Shown piece by piece: positions 9,446-19,600 of a DNA stretch of 64,000 bases (the first letter of the stretch is position 1; every line of letters starts with the position of its first letter). The translations under genes were made by a program, and so were the position numbers. The DNA is from an uncultured virus (IMG/VR IMGVR_UViG_3300043256_000236). Taxonomy: Duplodnaviria; Heunggongvirae; Uroviricota; Caudoviricetes. The stretch is taken from positions 1-64,000 of the IMG/VR virus record IMGVR_UViG_3300043256_000236. The stretch is one strand, 5' to 3'. The notes beneath the pieces were generated by a model. That model did no database searches and was not told where the DNA came from. It worked only from the letters and a program-made list of their open reading frames with translations.

Positions 9446-10021
9446 TTACCTGTTGTCGCCATCTCCTTTTAATACACCTCTGGCCTTCCTGCTGAATAGT
9501 TTGGCAATATTCTGTACACAAACATCTTCTAAAGTGAAACCACACTTAATAGCCATTTCTTCCACACAGGTGACCACGTGTGTTAGGTGGTTAGGAAGGT
9601 CACTAAATCTCGTGATTTCTCTAGGATCACATCTATATTTGTAGTGCCATGTCTCCAATAGTGCGGCAGCATTCGAAGCTTGTCTATTAAGATGCAAGAC
9701 TAGTCTCGGCAATATGAGACGCCGTATGTTGTGTGTTATGCGTGCAGTTCTCATATCATGTATCATACAAAGGTTAAGGTCACAATCGCAACACACATTA
9801 GCGCAGTACCACATTACGTCACCTAATTCTTTCTTAATATCTTCTCGTCTTTTAGGTGACATTTCGTTGTCATCATCTCTGATAAGCTTCTTTACTTTTT
9901 CAGAAACTTCTCCACATTCTCCAACCAAACCAAGTGCAGGGTATATCATAGTAGCACTTGGTGATTGTAGATATATTGCAACACTGCGAGCGTCTATTTG
10001 GTACTTTTTAAGATCAATCAT
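9446..10021 (-). CDS. mazG: MazG-like nucleotide pyrophosphohydrolase with an internal extra segment
   Basis: YPALGLVGECGEV..KVKK, KELGDVMWY, NIAKL.SR..RG...GDGDNR. Confidence 0.85.
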   Translation of the reverse strand: MIDLKKYQIDARSVAIYLQSPSATMIYPALGLVGECGEVSEKVKKLIRDDDNEMSPKRREDIKKELGDVMWYCANVCCDCDLNLCMIHDMRTARITHNIRRLILPRLVLHLNRQASNAAALLETWHYKYRCDPREITRFSDLPNHLTHVVTCVEEMAIKCGFTLEDVCVQNIAKLFSRKARGVLKGDGDNR

Positions 10022-10725
10022 TCATCTTCTCCTTCTGTGTATTCGTGTTTGCCTGATTTCATACCAGATTGCCACTTATCGTTTTGTTTGTTTGTTGCGT
10101 GGTACTTATATGGGTCTTGCATGGTTTCGAGAACCCAATCTGCAAGTCCATTATTTACAGCTTGCTCTGCTGTATATATAGTATCTTTTGAGCACAGTTT
10201 TTCTATTTTCTCTAACGTAATCCTAGGTTTAGCAGCTTTCATTCTACTATAATAAATACCATACATTAGTTTACGTGTTTTCTCTACGTGCTTAGCCCAT
10301 GCTTCAACGCTTTTGCATGTACCAGTTAAGTCTTCTGTTCCGTCATGGATCATAAATGTGCAGTGCGGAGCTACTATACGAGAGTCGCATGCTTGTATTA
10401 TTATTGATCCCATGGACATGGCGTGTCCCCAACAGATGCCATATACATGAGATCTTGAAGCTTTAATAGCATCGTACATACTCATGCCATGCAGCCAGTC
10501 GCCCCCTAGGTTGTTCATGTGTATAAAGATTGGTTTAGATGAGATGAGATTCAAATGCAACATGGCTTTGATAAAAAACTCTGACATCTGACAGTCAGTC
10601 CCAGACTCTCCATATCCGCCTTCTGTTTCTGCATCATGTGAACCAACATGGATCATCCGGTTCGATGGTAAGTAGCTGAATTCAAACCATCTGTCAATAT
10701 CCTCTTTAGTATACATGCCCATCAA
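10018..10725 (-). CDS. clpP: ClpP-like serine protease
   Basis: NNLGG, GHAMSMGS (Ser), FMIHDG (His), KDTIYTAEQAV..GLAD. Confidence 0.85.
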   Translation of the reverse strand: MMGMYTKEDIDRWFEFSYLPSNRMIHVGSHDAETEGGYGESGTDCQMSEFFIKAMLHLNLISSKPIFIHMNNLGGDWLHGMSMYDAIKASRSHVYGICWGHAMSMGSIIIQACDSRIVAPHCTFMIHDGTEDLTGTCKSVEAWAKHVEKTRKLMYGIYYSRMKAAKPRITLEKIEKLCSKDTIYTAEQAVNNGLADWVLETMQDPYKYHATNKQNDKWQSGMKSGKHEYTEGEDE

Positions 10726-11036
10726 ACTACCTTACTAACATTAATAGGTAAATCGCAATAATTACATTTTTCTATGTTTTGTATTAGACCAACACAATGC
10801 GGGCATAGGGTCTTTATGGGGCTATTGAGCACATAGAAAACTACTATACCACCAATACATTCGTCACATACGCATATGCCACCCATGACCTGTCGCATGT
10901 TTACAGTTGTTTTTATTTCGCCACAAATATCACACAACAAGTGTTTGTTTGACGATTCTGTTGAGTTTCTCGATAACAACGAGAAAGTGTCCGAAATACA
11001 GGTCGATAAAATCTTTGCGAGTCCATTCATATCCAT
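10722..11036 (-). CDS. ClpX-type C4 Zn-finger protein (true start probably further downstream)
   Basis: CDICG...GGICVCDECI plus CPHC..CNYC. Confidence 0.55.
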   Translation of the reverse strand: MDMNGLAKILSTCISDTFSLLSRNSTESSNKHLLCDICGEIKTTVNMRQVMGGICVCDECIGGIVVFYVLNSPIKTLCPHCVGLIQNIEKCNYCDLPINVSKVV

Positions 11037-11283
11037 CCATTATCTCCGGCTGGCTGCTAATTACATCTGCCCATTGCGGCAACTCTTTACATAAGGAGTC
11101 CTGAAGTGTCAGTTGTTTTGCGTGATATTCTGAATCAAAAATTACCGGTCTCCCAGTAGTGCGACGTATCCGCCCATCGATGCCACCTGGATTAGATTCG
11201 GCTTTTTCCTTAGATGTCTTTTTCCCATAGACCAACAAGTCTATCCATTGTTTAAGCAACTCTTTTACAGCTTTGTTATTCAT
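10930..11283 (-). CDS. hypothetical protein
   Basis: Overlaps the methylase stop; operon-packed. Confidence 0.6.
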   Translation of the reverse strand: MNNKAVKELLKQWIDLLVYGKKTSKEKAESNPGGIDGRIRRTTGRPVIFDSEYHAKQLTLQDSLCKELPQWADVISSQPEIMDGYEWTRKDFIDLYFGHFLVVIEKLNRIVKQTLVV

Positions 11284-11989
11284 AATTTACCCCAAGAATT
11301 TCTGCCGTTTTTGCAATACATGGTTCACTTATTTCTATGCCCACACAATCTAAGCCAAGTCTCTGACACACTATTTCCACAGTCCCAGAACCCGCGAACG
11401 GATCAAGTACACGTCCATTTGGTTTACAGTGTCCAGAAACTATTCTATTGACGAGATCCTCTGGTAACTGGGTTGGACAATGTTTTCTTTTTTCTTTAAA
11501 TGTGCCACAAATACGCGAGAATTCCCAAACATTTTCCGGCATCTTCCCATTCTTAGACGCCCTCTTGTCCTTATACTTTGTCTGTCTGGCGCTAGGCACT
11601 TTTATTTGATCCGGTCGGACATAGTCGGAGTTCAACCAGTATAACGGCCTATAGCACAATGCATATTTACCCTTACTTGTCTGATCTTGACCGAATGTAT
11701 AGTGCCACTGTAATCTTTGTATTAAAGGTAAACCTATCGATTTGATAGCGTTTTCTACTGTACGGGTCCATTTTTCGTTAAAAGTTATGAAAATAGGACC
11801 ATTTGTTATTTCGGCCATCTTAGTTAGCCATATCCAGATATTGTTCTCATAATCGTATGGATGCTGTTTATCTACAAATCCATCATATTTTAGACCTATA
11901 TTGTCTGGAGGATCCGAGACTATGAGATCAACAGGTCCTATTGTGGAATTAGGAATATCACTAAAATCTCCATGTATCAGTCTAATCAT
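11276..11989 (-). CDS. beta-class N6A/N4C DNA methyltransferase
   Basis: DPPD (DPPY variant) before VLDPFAGSGT; probable start ATG11989 with GGAG RBS. Confidence 0.88.
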   Translation of the reverse strand: MIRLIHGDFSDIPNSTIGPVDLIVSDPPDNIGLKYDGFVDKQHPYDYENNIWIWLTKMAEITNGPIFITFNEKWTRTVENAIKSIGLPLIQRLQWHYTFGQDQTSKGKYALCYRPLYWLNSDYVRPDQIKVPSARQTKYKDKRASKNGKMPENVWEFSRICGTFKEKRKHCPTQLPEDLVNRIVSGHCKPNGRVLDPFAGSGTVEIVCQRLGLDCVGIEISEPCIAKTAEILGVNYE

Positions 11990-12020
11990 CCGGTTAACTC
12001 CACATGTATCTTCATACCTC

Positions 12021-12049
12021 ATTATACGTGTGAACTGGCTACTTGTTCG
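12021..12049 (-). promoter_or_regulatory. Class-I promoter for the leftward operon (CGAACA-N15-CGTATAAT)
   Basis: Reverse complement matches the recurring motif, with T-tract upstream. Confidence 0.7.
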
Positions 12050-12132
12050 ATAAAAAAAAGAAAAAAAATGGAACACTTTTTCATAATGGCCCTCTCTATA
12101 TATATGGAGGGGTGTTGTTATAGGACGTTGTT

Positions 12133-12141
12133 GTGTATAAT
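12133..12141 (+). promoter_or_regulatory. Class-II (late-type) promoter GTGTATAA
   Basis: Same motif precedes portal, protease, tail tube and tail chaperone genes. Confidence 0.55.
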
Positions 12142-12149
12142 TTTCTTGG

Positions 12150-12338
12150 GTGATAAAAGTGTGTGATAAAAAAGGCAAAGCGAAAGTGCGTTTGATTACT
12201 TGCGGGACAGATAAAGCTGAGGCTAAAGCTGTTGTTGATCTCGACGTACCAGATCCAGAACCAGTTGTGGGTAAAAAGATTATTCAAGAAGCAATAGGAG
12301 ATTTAGAAGAGGATGACAGTAAGCAAAACGATTCTTGA
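12150..12338 (+). CDS. hypothetical protein
   Basis: Short ORF just after the promoter. Confidence 0.45.
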   Translation: MIKVCDKKGKAKVRLITCGTDKAEAKAVVDLDVPDPEPVVGKKIIQEAIGDLEEDDSKQNDS

Positions 12339-12858
12339 TGCAGCTACGCCCATAATAGAGGGACTAGCTAGATCTCGCAGTGTTAACGGTGCGTTTGCGT
12401 ATTACGAAAGCGGAGATGTTTCTCAGGAGGTTTGGTACTTGTGCCTTGAAGCATTGCAGCGGTATGATCCGAAAATAGGTCCTATTGAGAACTATCTGGT
12501 GAGACATGTGAGTAATCGTATCAAAAATTTGAGAAGAGATAAGTATTTTCGTCCTGGTTCAGATCTTCCAAGTTCTGGATTAGCTCTCACAAGGATGAAC
12601 TTAGTTAATGCTCTTCCTTTGGACAATGGGGATATAGCTGAAAACGGCACACTTTTAGGCTCGGAACAAGGCAACATTAATCCATTGGACGGTTTAATCA
12701 GGGATGAGACCTTGGCGTATATCAGGGTCAGGTTGCCAGATAATCTCATTGAACCATTCGATGATATCATTTGCAATAACAAGGTACGGAGTCCTCTGGT
12801 TGCTGAAGTCCGATATAAGGTTGCTGAGATTTTGGTAGAAAGAGATGATTGTGCCTGA
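12313..12858 (+). CDS. sigma70-like factor (region 2)
   Basis: DVSQEVW..CLEALQRYDPKIG.IENYL..HVSNRIKNLRR. Confidence 0.7.
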   Translation: MTVSKTILDAATPIIEGLARSRSVNGAFAYYESGDVSQEVWYLCLEALQRYDPKIGPIENYLVRHVSNRIKNLRRDKYFRPGSDLPSSGLALTRMNLVNALPLDNGDIAENGTLLGSEQGNINPLDGLIRDETLAYIRVRLPDNLIEPFDDIICNNKVRSPLVAEVRYKVAEILVERDDCA

Positions 12859-13762
12859 ACCAAAGAACAAAAGATTGTCTGCTAATCCAAAAGCACTAAA
12901 AATACTAGCGAACAGTATTGCTAGGGGCTTAAGTGATCCAGAAATTCAACAACTATTGGCTGATGAATGTGGGTATAAATGGGCGGTGGATACAATTGGA
13001 CGCAGACGTCGTGCTATGGGTGTGATTAAGAAGCCTGGGCATCCTGTTGATGTTAATGTTATCGATTCTCCGATGCTCACTTTGCCTCCATATGGACTTT
13101 CTGACGTTGAAAAGGCAACTTGGTTTCGAGACAAATTTAAGAGGACGCACCTGTATCAGACTGTTAAGCAGCAATTTGATACATCCGAGGTCTATGTTTA
13201 TCTAGAAGAATTTGGTCTTTTGTGTTGTCAGTTCGAAGACATAGTTGTTAGTGAATTCATGCAGATTGACGACTTTCTGAAACACAGGATTCTTGTTAAT
13301 AGACAACTGATCCTTACACGTTCTCTGCAGAAACAAATCACTATATTACAAGAATGGTTTATTGAGCATCCAAAGAAAGATGATGAAGGCAAGGAGACTA
13401 TCAAGTTCCGTATAGTACAACAGGGAATTTTAGATAAGAAATATCAGTATCTAAAAGTTTTTGATGATAGATACGACGCCCTTGTGAAAGAGAGACAAAA
13501 AATACATAGTAGCTTAGCTGCTACTAGGAAAGATAGACTTGATGAATTGAAGGGCGGAAAGGAAACATTTCTTGAGTTGGTAAGCAAGCTACAGCATTCG
13601 CAAGACGAAAGAGATAGGCATGGTCGTTTTGCGGAGTTAACAAAGATAGCAGCAGATGACATAAAAATTGAATTTCGTAAACCAAACGAGTTTCCAGATG
13701 GTAGCGTTGATCCGATAATCATGGACAGTAAAACCTCTTTTGATGAGATTGAAGATGAATAA
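12845..13762 (+). CDS. hypothetical protein with N-terminal HTH and coiled coil (possible terminase small subunit)
   Basis: GLSDPEIQQLL...TIGRRRRAMG HTH-like; upstream of terL. Confidence 0.45.
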   Translation: MIVPEPKNKRLSANPKALKILANSIARGLSDPEIQQLLADECGYKWAVDTIGRRRRAMGVIKKPGHPVDVNVIDSPMLTLPPYGLSDVEKATWFRDKFKRTHLYQTVKQQFDTSEVYVYLEEFGLLCCQFEDIVVSEFMQIDDFLKHRILVNRQLILTRSLQKQITILQEWFIEHPKKDDEGKETIKFRIVQQGILDKKYQYLKVFDDRYDALVKERQKIHSSLAATRKDRLDELKGGKETFLELVSKLQHSQDERDRHGRFAELTKIAADDIKIEFRKPNEFPDGSVDPIIMDSKTSFDEIEDE

Positions 13763-14864
13763 GTGCGCTCTGTGTATTCCACGTCCGGGTGTTAGTTCCC
13801 AAATGATACAGGAGGGGTACGTAGATGCCCTGCGACACCTTGGCTGGAAGGTGTACGTTGGAGATCCAAAGACCAAATTGTGTTGTAAGCAATGGATAGA
13901 GGCTCATGAAATAAGACTTATAATGACGCATTCTAGATTTGGTGTCAGACAATTGCCCATTAATACAATTAACGACAATGGCGTTGAAGTAATTGTAGAC
14001 GCTCTGCCGCTGAACGAAGGCAATAAAACTATTGATGGTCCATATGACTATGCTCACGACGACGAGCCAACCCTGATTAGAGAAATCAATAAAGCTACTG
14101 TGCATACTAAGCTGGGAAAGCATCTATGGAAAGAGTATATGAATGGATGGATAGACAAAGGCGTTGATCTTCTACACTTACCAGTTGCAGGGAATATAGT
14201 TAAAGCTATGCCTCCATCGTGCTCGCTCATGACAGACGTTGCAATGGTTGCTAATTTTACAAATAGACAAGGTGTGATGAATCACTTAATAGAACCTCTA
14301 TTCAACAGACTATCTTTGTTGGGATATTCGTACCAAGCGTTTGGTGATGACGCGTGGCAACTTGCTGGTTTAAACTATAATGGTCCGCTGTTGGGAGATA
14401 CCAATAAACTGGCTCATGTGTACGGTACTGCAAAAGTATGTCCGAACGTTCACACAGAAAGACAGATAAGTCTTCAGTCGCATATTAACGAAAGATCCTT
14501 TATGATCCCCCTTTGTGGCGGTACTCAGGTTTCTGACAATCCCATGACGACCAAGTATTTAGGGACAGACTGCGTCGTTGCAACGAGTATTACCGATTTT
14601 ATCCAGAAGGTTATCTGGTTGGCGGGAAGTAGCGAGAACAGGAATGAAATGGTCCGTAATTTATCAGAACACGTAGCTAATAATCACACATATTTTAATA
14701 GATTGTCGCACCTGTTTGATATTATGGGTTTACATGGACTATCTGACGAAGTGGATATCAAGGGACAAGCATTCGCGGTGAAACACGGTTGGGAATTAAA
14801 CGCTAGATTGAGTGCAGCAGAAAGAGGTGTAAGTTATGAAACAAAAACCTTCGGTAGTGCGTAA
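13755..14864 (+). CDS. glycosyltransferase (CgeB/GT-B-like)
   Basis: DVAMVAN, LAHVYGTAKVCPNVH, INERSFMIPLCGG.QVSDN, HTYFNRL. Confidence 0.75.
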   Translation: MNKCALCIPRPGVSSQMIQEGYVDALRHLGWKVYVGDPKTKLCCKQWIEAHEIRLIMTHSRFGVRQLPINTINDNGVEVIVDALPLNEGNKTIDGPYDYAHDDEPTLIREINKATVHTKLGKHLWKEYMNGWIDKGVDLLHLPVAGNIVKAMPPSCSLMTDVAMVANFTNRQGVMNHLIEPLFNRLSLLGYSYQAFGDDAWQLAGLNYNGPLLGDTNKLAHVYGTAKVCPNVHTERQISLQSHINERSFMIPLCGGTQVSDNPMTTKYLGTDCVVATSITDFIQKVIWLAGSSENRNEMVRNLSEHVANNHTYFNRLSHLFDIMGLHGLSDEVDIKGQAFAVKHGWELNARLSAAERGVSYETKTFGSA

Positions 14865-15108
14865 TATCGCTAAAAGGATAAGCGGCGTAACAATGCCAAT
14901 TGGCCGTAAACGTATGAGGTGGCTACGTAACTGGCCATGCTTATGTGGTAGTGAAAACAAATATAAGAACTGTTGCATGAAAGACATAGAGAGTCTAACA
15001 TCTTCGGATGGAAATGTGACTACTAAATCGCTACCGAAAGAAATTCAAGAAACAGTAGATGCGCTCCGTAAGGCTGCTGAAAAGAAAGGTTCTTGTAAAA
15101 ATGGCTAA
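14836..15108 (+). CDS. SEC-C motif protein
   Basis: RNWPCLCGSENKYKNCC. Confidence 0.75.
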   Translation: MKQKPSVVRNIAKRISGVTMPIGRKRMRWLRNWPCLCGSENKYKNCCMKDIESLTSSDGNVTTKSLPKEIQETVDALRKAAEKKGSCKNG

Positions 15109-16114
15109 GAAAGCTTTGATCACTGGCGTGACTGGACAGGATGGTAGTTATCTGTCTGATTTTCTACTAGAAAAAGATTATGAGGTGTACGGGTTGATAA
15201 GGAGGTCATCTGTCAGGAGTACCGAACGCATTGCGCATTTGCTGTGTAACCCTAACTTTACGTTAATAGATGGGGACATAACTGATTCCGCGTGTATGCA
15301 CAGATTGGTTTCCGGAATAAAACCAGATGAAGTTTATAACTTAGCCGCGATGAGCCATGTTGGGGTTTCGTTTGATCAGCCGATCACAACATGTGATATT
15401 GATGCAGTTGGTCCTCTTAATATATTGGAGGCTATCAGACAAACATCTCCGTCGACTAAGTTCTATCAAGCCAGCACCTCAGAACTATTCGGAGACACAG
15501 ATATTGCTCCGCAGTCAGAGAACACACCTATGATGCCAAATTCACCATATGCAGTAGCTAAGCTGTATGCACATCATATGGTAGCCCTTTATCGTCGTGC
15601 ATACGGTATCTTTGCATGTGCGGGTATATTGTTTAACCACGAAAGTGAGAGAAGGGGAGAGGATTTCGTAACACGTAAAATAACTAGGTATGTTGCAAGT
15701 CTTCTGAGATGGATGGATTTAAACGATGGTTTCCCGCGTAAAGATGTAGATGTTCCCCCTTTGGCCCTGGGCAACATTGAAGCTAAAAGAGATTGGTCAC
15801 ATGCGGCGGATATGGTAAGAGGCATGTGGTTGATGATGCAGCATGAAAAGCCAGATGATTATGTTTTAGGGTCTGGAGAAACTCGCACAGTTAAGGATTT
15901 TCTCAATGCAGCATTTGGTTCGATCGGATTGGATTACAGTGAGTATGTTATAATAGATCCAAAGTTCTATAGACCAGTTGATGTCAATTTGCTTCATGCA
16001 GACTCTAGTAAAGCTTTGGCAACACTAGGATGGGAACCAGTTATTAGTTTTGGAGAGTTGGTTGATCGCATGATACAAAGTGATTACGGATCGGTTATCG
16101 AATGCCCCGTTTGA
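15101..16114 (+). CDS. gmd: GDP-mannose 4,6-dehydratase
   Basis: ALITGVTGQDGSYL, YNLAAMSHV, YQASTSELFG, PYAVAKLY, NHESERRG..FVTRKIT, RDWSHA.D. Confidence 0.95.
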   Translation: MAKKALITGVTGQDGSYLSDFLLEKDYEVYGLIRRSSVRSTERIAHLLCNPNFTLIDGDITDSACMHRLVSGIKPDEVYNLAAMSHVGVSFDQPITTCDIDAVGPLNILEAIRQTSPSTKFYQASTSELFGDTDIAPQSENTPMMPNSPYAVAKLYAHHMVALYRRAYGIFACAGILFNHESERRGEDFVTRKITRYVASLLRWMDLNDGFPRKDVDVPPLALGNIEAKRDWSHAADMVRGMWLMMQHEKPDDYVLGSGETRTVKDFLNAAFGSIGLDYSEYVIIDPKFYRPVDVNLLHADSSKALATLGWEPVISFGELVDRMIQSDYGSVIECPV

Positions 16115-16617
16115 TTCTTCCTGAATACACCGTAATCCGAGACACTCGTGAAAAAGATAATCATGGGTGGACATTCGGTGCTCATATGCCAGAGCGTCGT
16201 CCTCCTCGATGTAAGGGGACAATGGTAGATACGCTACACACTGGTGACTATACCATGGTTGGATACACCGATATCTTGGCAATAGAAAGGAAGGCTGACT
16301 TTGCTGAGCTTTGGGGAAATTATAATAGTAAGCAACGTCCGGCGTTCGAGGCTGAGATGGAACGTATGTCCGACATAAAACACTCATACATTATCATAGA
16401 GTCATTGCTTACGCCAGATATTATGGAGTTATCTCCACCTCAATTCGCAAAGGGTGTTCCTGGGAAAGCTTTGATCAGGTGGTTAATGTATCTGTCTGTT
16501 AAATTTGGTGTTAAGATTATACCAGCGGGTGCATGTGGAAGGAAGATTGCTCAGTTGATTTGCGAAGAGGTCGTTCGTGTTGAAAAGGATCGCTGGGTTT
16601 ATCAGGACCCTAAATAA
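16102..16617 (+). CDS. ERCC4-type nuclease
   Basis: DTRE, TGDY, IERK. Confidence 0.8.
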   Translation: MPRLILPEYTVIRDTREKDNHGWTFGAHMPERRPPRCKGTMVDTLHTGDYTMVGYTDILAIERKADFAELWGNYNSKQRPAFEAEMERMSDIKHSYIIIESLLTPDIMELSPPQFAKGVPGKALIRWLMYLSVKFGVKIIPAGACGRKIAQLICEEVVRVEKDRWVYQDPK

Positions 16618-16631
16618 AGGTGACGATATAG

Positions 16632-19600
16632 ATGTCAAAAGTAACTCTTAATGAATTACTGCATGGTGATCAAGGAAAGTACGGATACTTATTCCCTTAC
16701 AGGGATCGGGTTCCAGACATAAAGAAACATCTTCTAGATGATTTCAAACAATCCAAATATCCACTAGACCAAACACTTATCAGTAAAATGATGGACATAG
16801 ATTACATCGGGTGGACAGCAAACGTTATACTGGGTATTGATTTGTTTCCTATACAAATTGCCATGCTCCAAATGCTATGGAACACTCCATTTCCAATGCT
16901 CGTAGCCTGTCGGGGAGGATCAAAATCATGGATGCTTGCTGTTTATGCCATTCTTAGGGGTCTTCTTGATCCGGGTTCAAAGATTATTATTATTGGTGCA
17001 GGTTTGCGACAAGCTAGATTGGTTTTCAATTATATAGACACAATATGGGCCAATTCACCAATACTTAGGGGGATTGTCGGTGGAGGAAAAAACGCTGGCC
17101 CAAGGCAGAATGTGGATCTTTGTTATTTTAAGATTGGGGATAGTATTATCTATGCACTTCCCACCGGGGACGGCACGAAAATTAGGGGCTTCCGAGCTTC
17201 TGTGATCATCGCGGACGAATTTGCATGTCTAGATAGAGACACGTTGGTAGAGACAAATAATGGATTAGAAAGAATATCGGATATATCTGATCATAAAACT
17301 AGTGTCATTAATAGATATGGAGATTTCGAACGAATAGATTCCTTTATTAAAACTCCTAAGACCGACGTACATGAAATTTCTACAAAATATGGATATGGAT
17401 TCAAGTGTTCTAGTATACATAAAGTAATGACCACCAATGGGTGGAAATTGGGAAAAGATTTAACTAATAATGATTTTCTAGTTATTAAAAATCAGTATGT
17501 TTTTCCGGAGTGTTCCGCTGATGATTCTATGACTGAAGATATTGCATGGCTGATGGGTTTACTGATCTCTGATGGGGATGTCACTCGCAAGCACGGTGTC
17601 AGCATCAAGACTATCGATCAGGACCTCGTAGAGCAGGTCATAACTAAGTTTGCGGGGTTAAGTCCGAAAGTTTATACCAGAGAAGCATATGTCGATAAAA
17701 GAGGATGGAAATGCCAAAAGTCATATGAGATACATATCCACAACACCCTTTTTAGGGAAAAATTATATTCATTAGGAATAGATTATGTGGGTGTGGCAGA
17801 TAAAGTGATACCATCTATTGTTTTAAAATCTCCGAAAAAGATAGTTATATCCTTCTTGAGTGGTTTGTTCGAAGGAGATGGTTCTTGTTTTTTATGGAAG
17901 GATCGCAACACGACAAAACTCGGTGTTGCTTATTATACTATTTCGGACGCATTGGCACAGGACCTTCAAACCCTCTTGCTGAAACTAGACATTATATCTT
18001 CCAGGCAGACAAGGAGAAGTAAATTAAGTGATAGAAAACAGTGGATGTTAAGATGTAATGGACGCCATGCTCTTAATCTTGCTGAATTATTGAACGTGCC
18101 AAAATGGGACGATATTATACCAAGAGCACAAACATATTTTCACTCAGACGATTACGGTATTACTTTTGACAATGGAAGGGGTAAATGGAGGGCGAATGTC
18201 GAGTATGGTGGAAAATTACATTACTTAGGTAGATATTTTGACAAAAATGATGCACTTGAGTCTGTTAAGAACTTCCAAGCTACGCATGACCCATGTGTTC
18301 GTGTAAAACTAGTAACCAAATTGCCACATCAAGATCATTTATACGACTTCTACTTGCCAATGACACATAGTTTCCATGGCAACGGTTTTATACAACATAA
18401 TTCTGTGCCCGAAGATGTTTTTGACATAGTTGTCCGTGGTTTTGCGGCTACCGCTAAATCTCCCATGGAAGAAGCTAAGAAAATTGCATTTGACAAAAAA
18501 TTGAGTCAAATGGATATTCCTTCCGACATAAAGCAAAAATTGATGGTAGATGATGGCAAGATGCATGGTAACCAAATAGTATATTCTGGTACTGCATATT
18601 ATGCTTTTAATCATTTCGCTAAGAAGCATGAAATGTGGCAGGAAATAATTCGCAGCAAAGGTGATCCAGATAAAATATCTCAAATATTCGGGGGAGACAG
18701 TCTTGTCCCAGATGATTTCAATTATAAGGATTATTGTATTATAAGAATTCCACACACTCATTTACCAGACGGACTATTAGATAAAAGACAATTGGCTCAC
18801 GCCAAAGCAACTCTTCCTCGTAATATATATCTTATGGAATATGGCGCAGTATTCGTTAAGGATTCTGATGGGTTTTTCCCCCGTAGTTTAATAGAGGGGT
18901 GCAGTGTTGGTCCCAACAAACCTTTAGACACACCAGATGGTGCTGTTACATTCTCTCCCGCAATGAGGGGGATTAAGGGTCCCAAGTATGTAATAGGCAT
19001 AGATCCAGCTGCAGAACGAGATAATCTTGCAGTTGTCATAATTGAAGTATGGGCTAATCATTATCGCGTTGTATATTGTTGGGCTGTGAATAAGAAGGAA
19101 TTCATCAAACGGAAAAAACGTGGATTGATTACAGACGATGACTACTACGCATACTGCTGCTCTAGGATCAGAGAGATAGTGCGTCTATTCAATCCTATTC
19201 GTGTTGAGATGGATAGTCAGGGTGGCGGGTATGCCATTGCAGAAATGCTTAGAAACCATAAATTACTAGATACTGATAAGGGCGATTTCCCTATCTATGA
19301 GGTGATTGATTTTGAGGATCCCAAGTCTACAGATGGTGAGACGGACGGACGCCACATCTTACACCTTATTAAACAGAGTTCTGAATTCAATCAAGATGCT
19401 AATATAGCCCTCCATAAAAGCTTTGAAACTCGTACTCTGCTATTCCCAGCTTTTGATAGTGTTAAAATGTACGCGGCCATCGAAGCAGAAAAGGCTTCTG
19501 GTGTAATTTTCGATACATATGAAGAGAATGTCTATAATATCGAAGAATTGAAAAACGAACTTTGTACTATACAAATGAGCGAGACAGCTACGGGTAGAGA

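Noticed and set aside
11990..12178. N-terminal extension of the methylase in the ORF track
   Set aside because: It spans the divergent promoter region; the RBS supports ATG11989.
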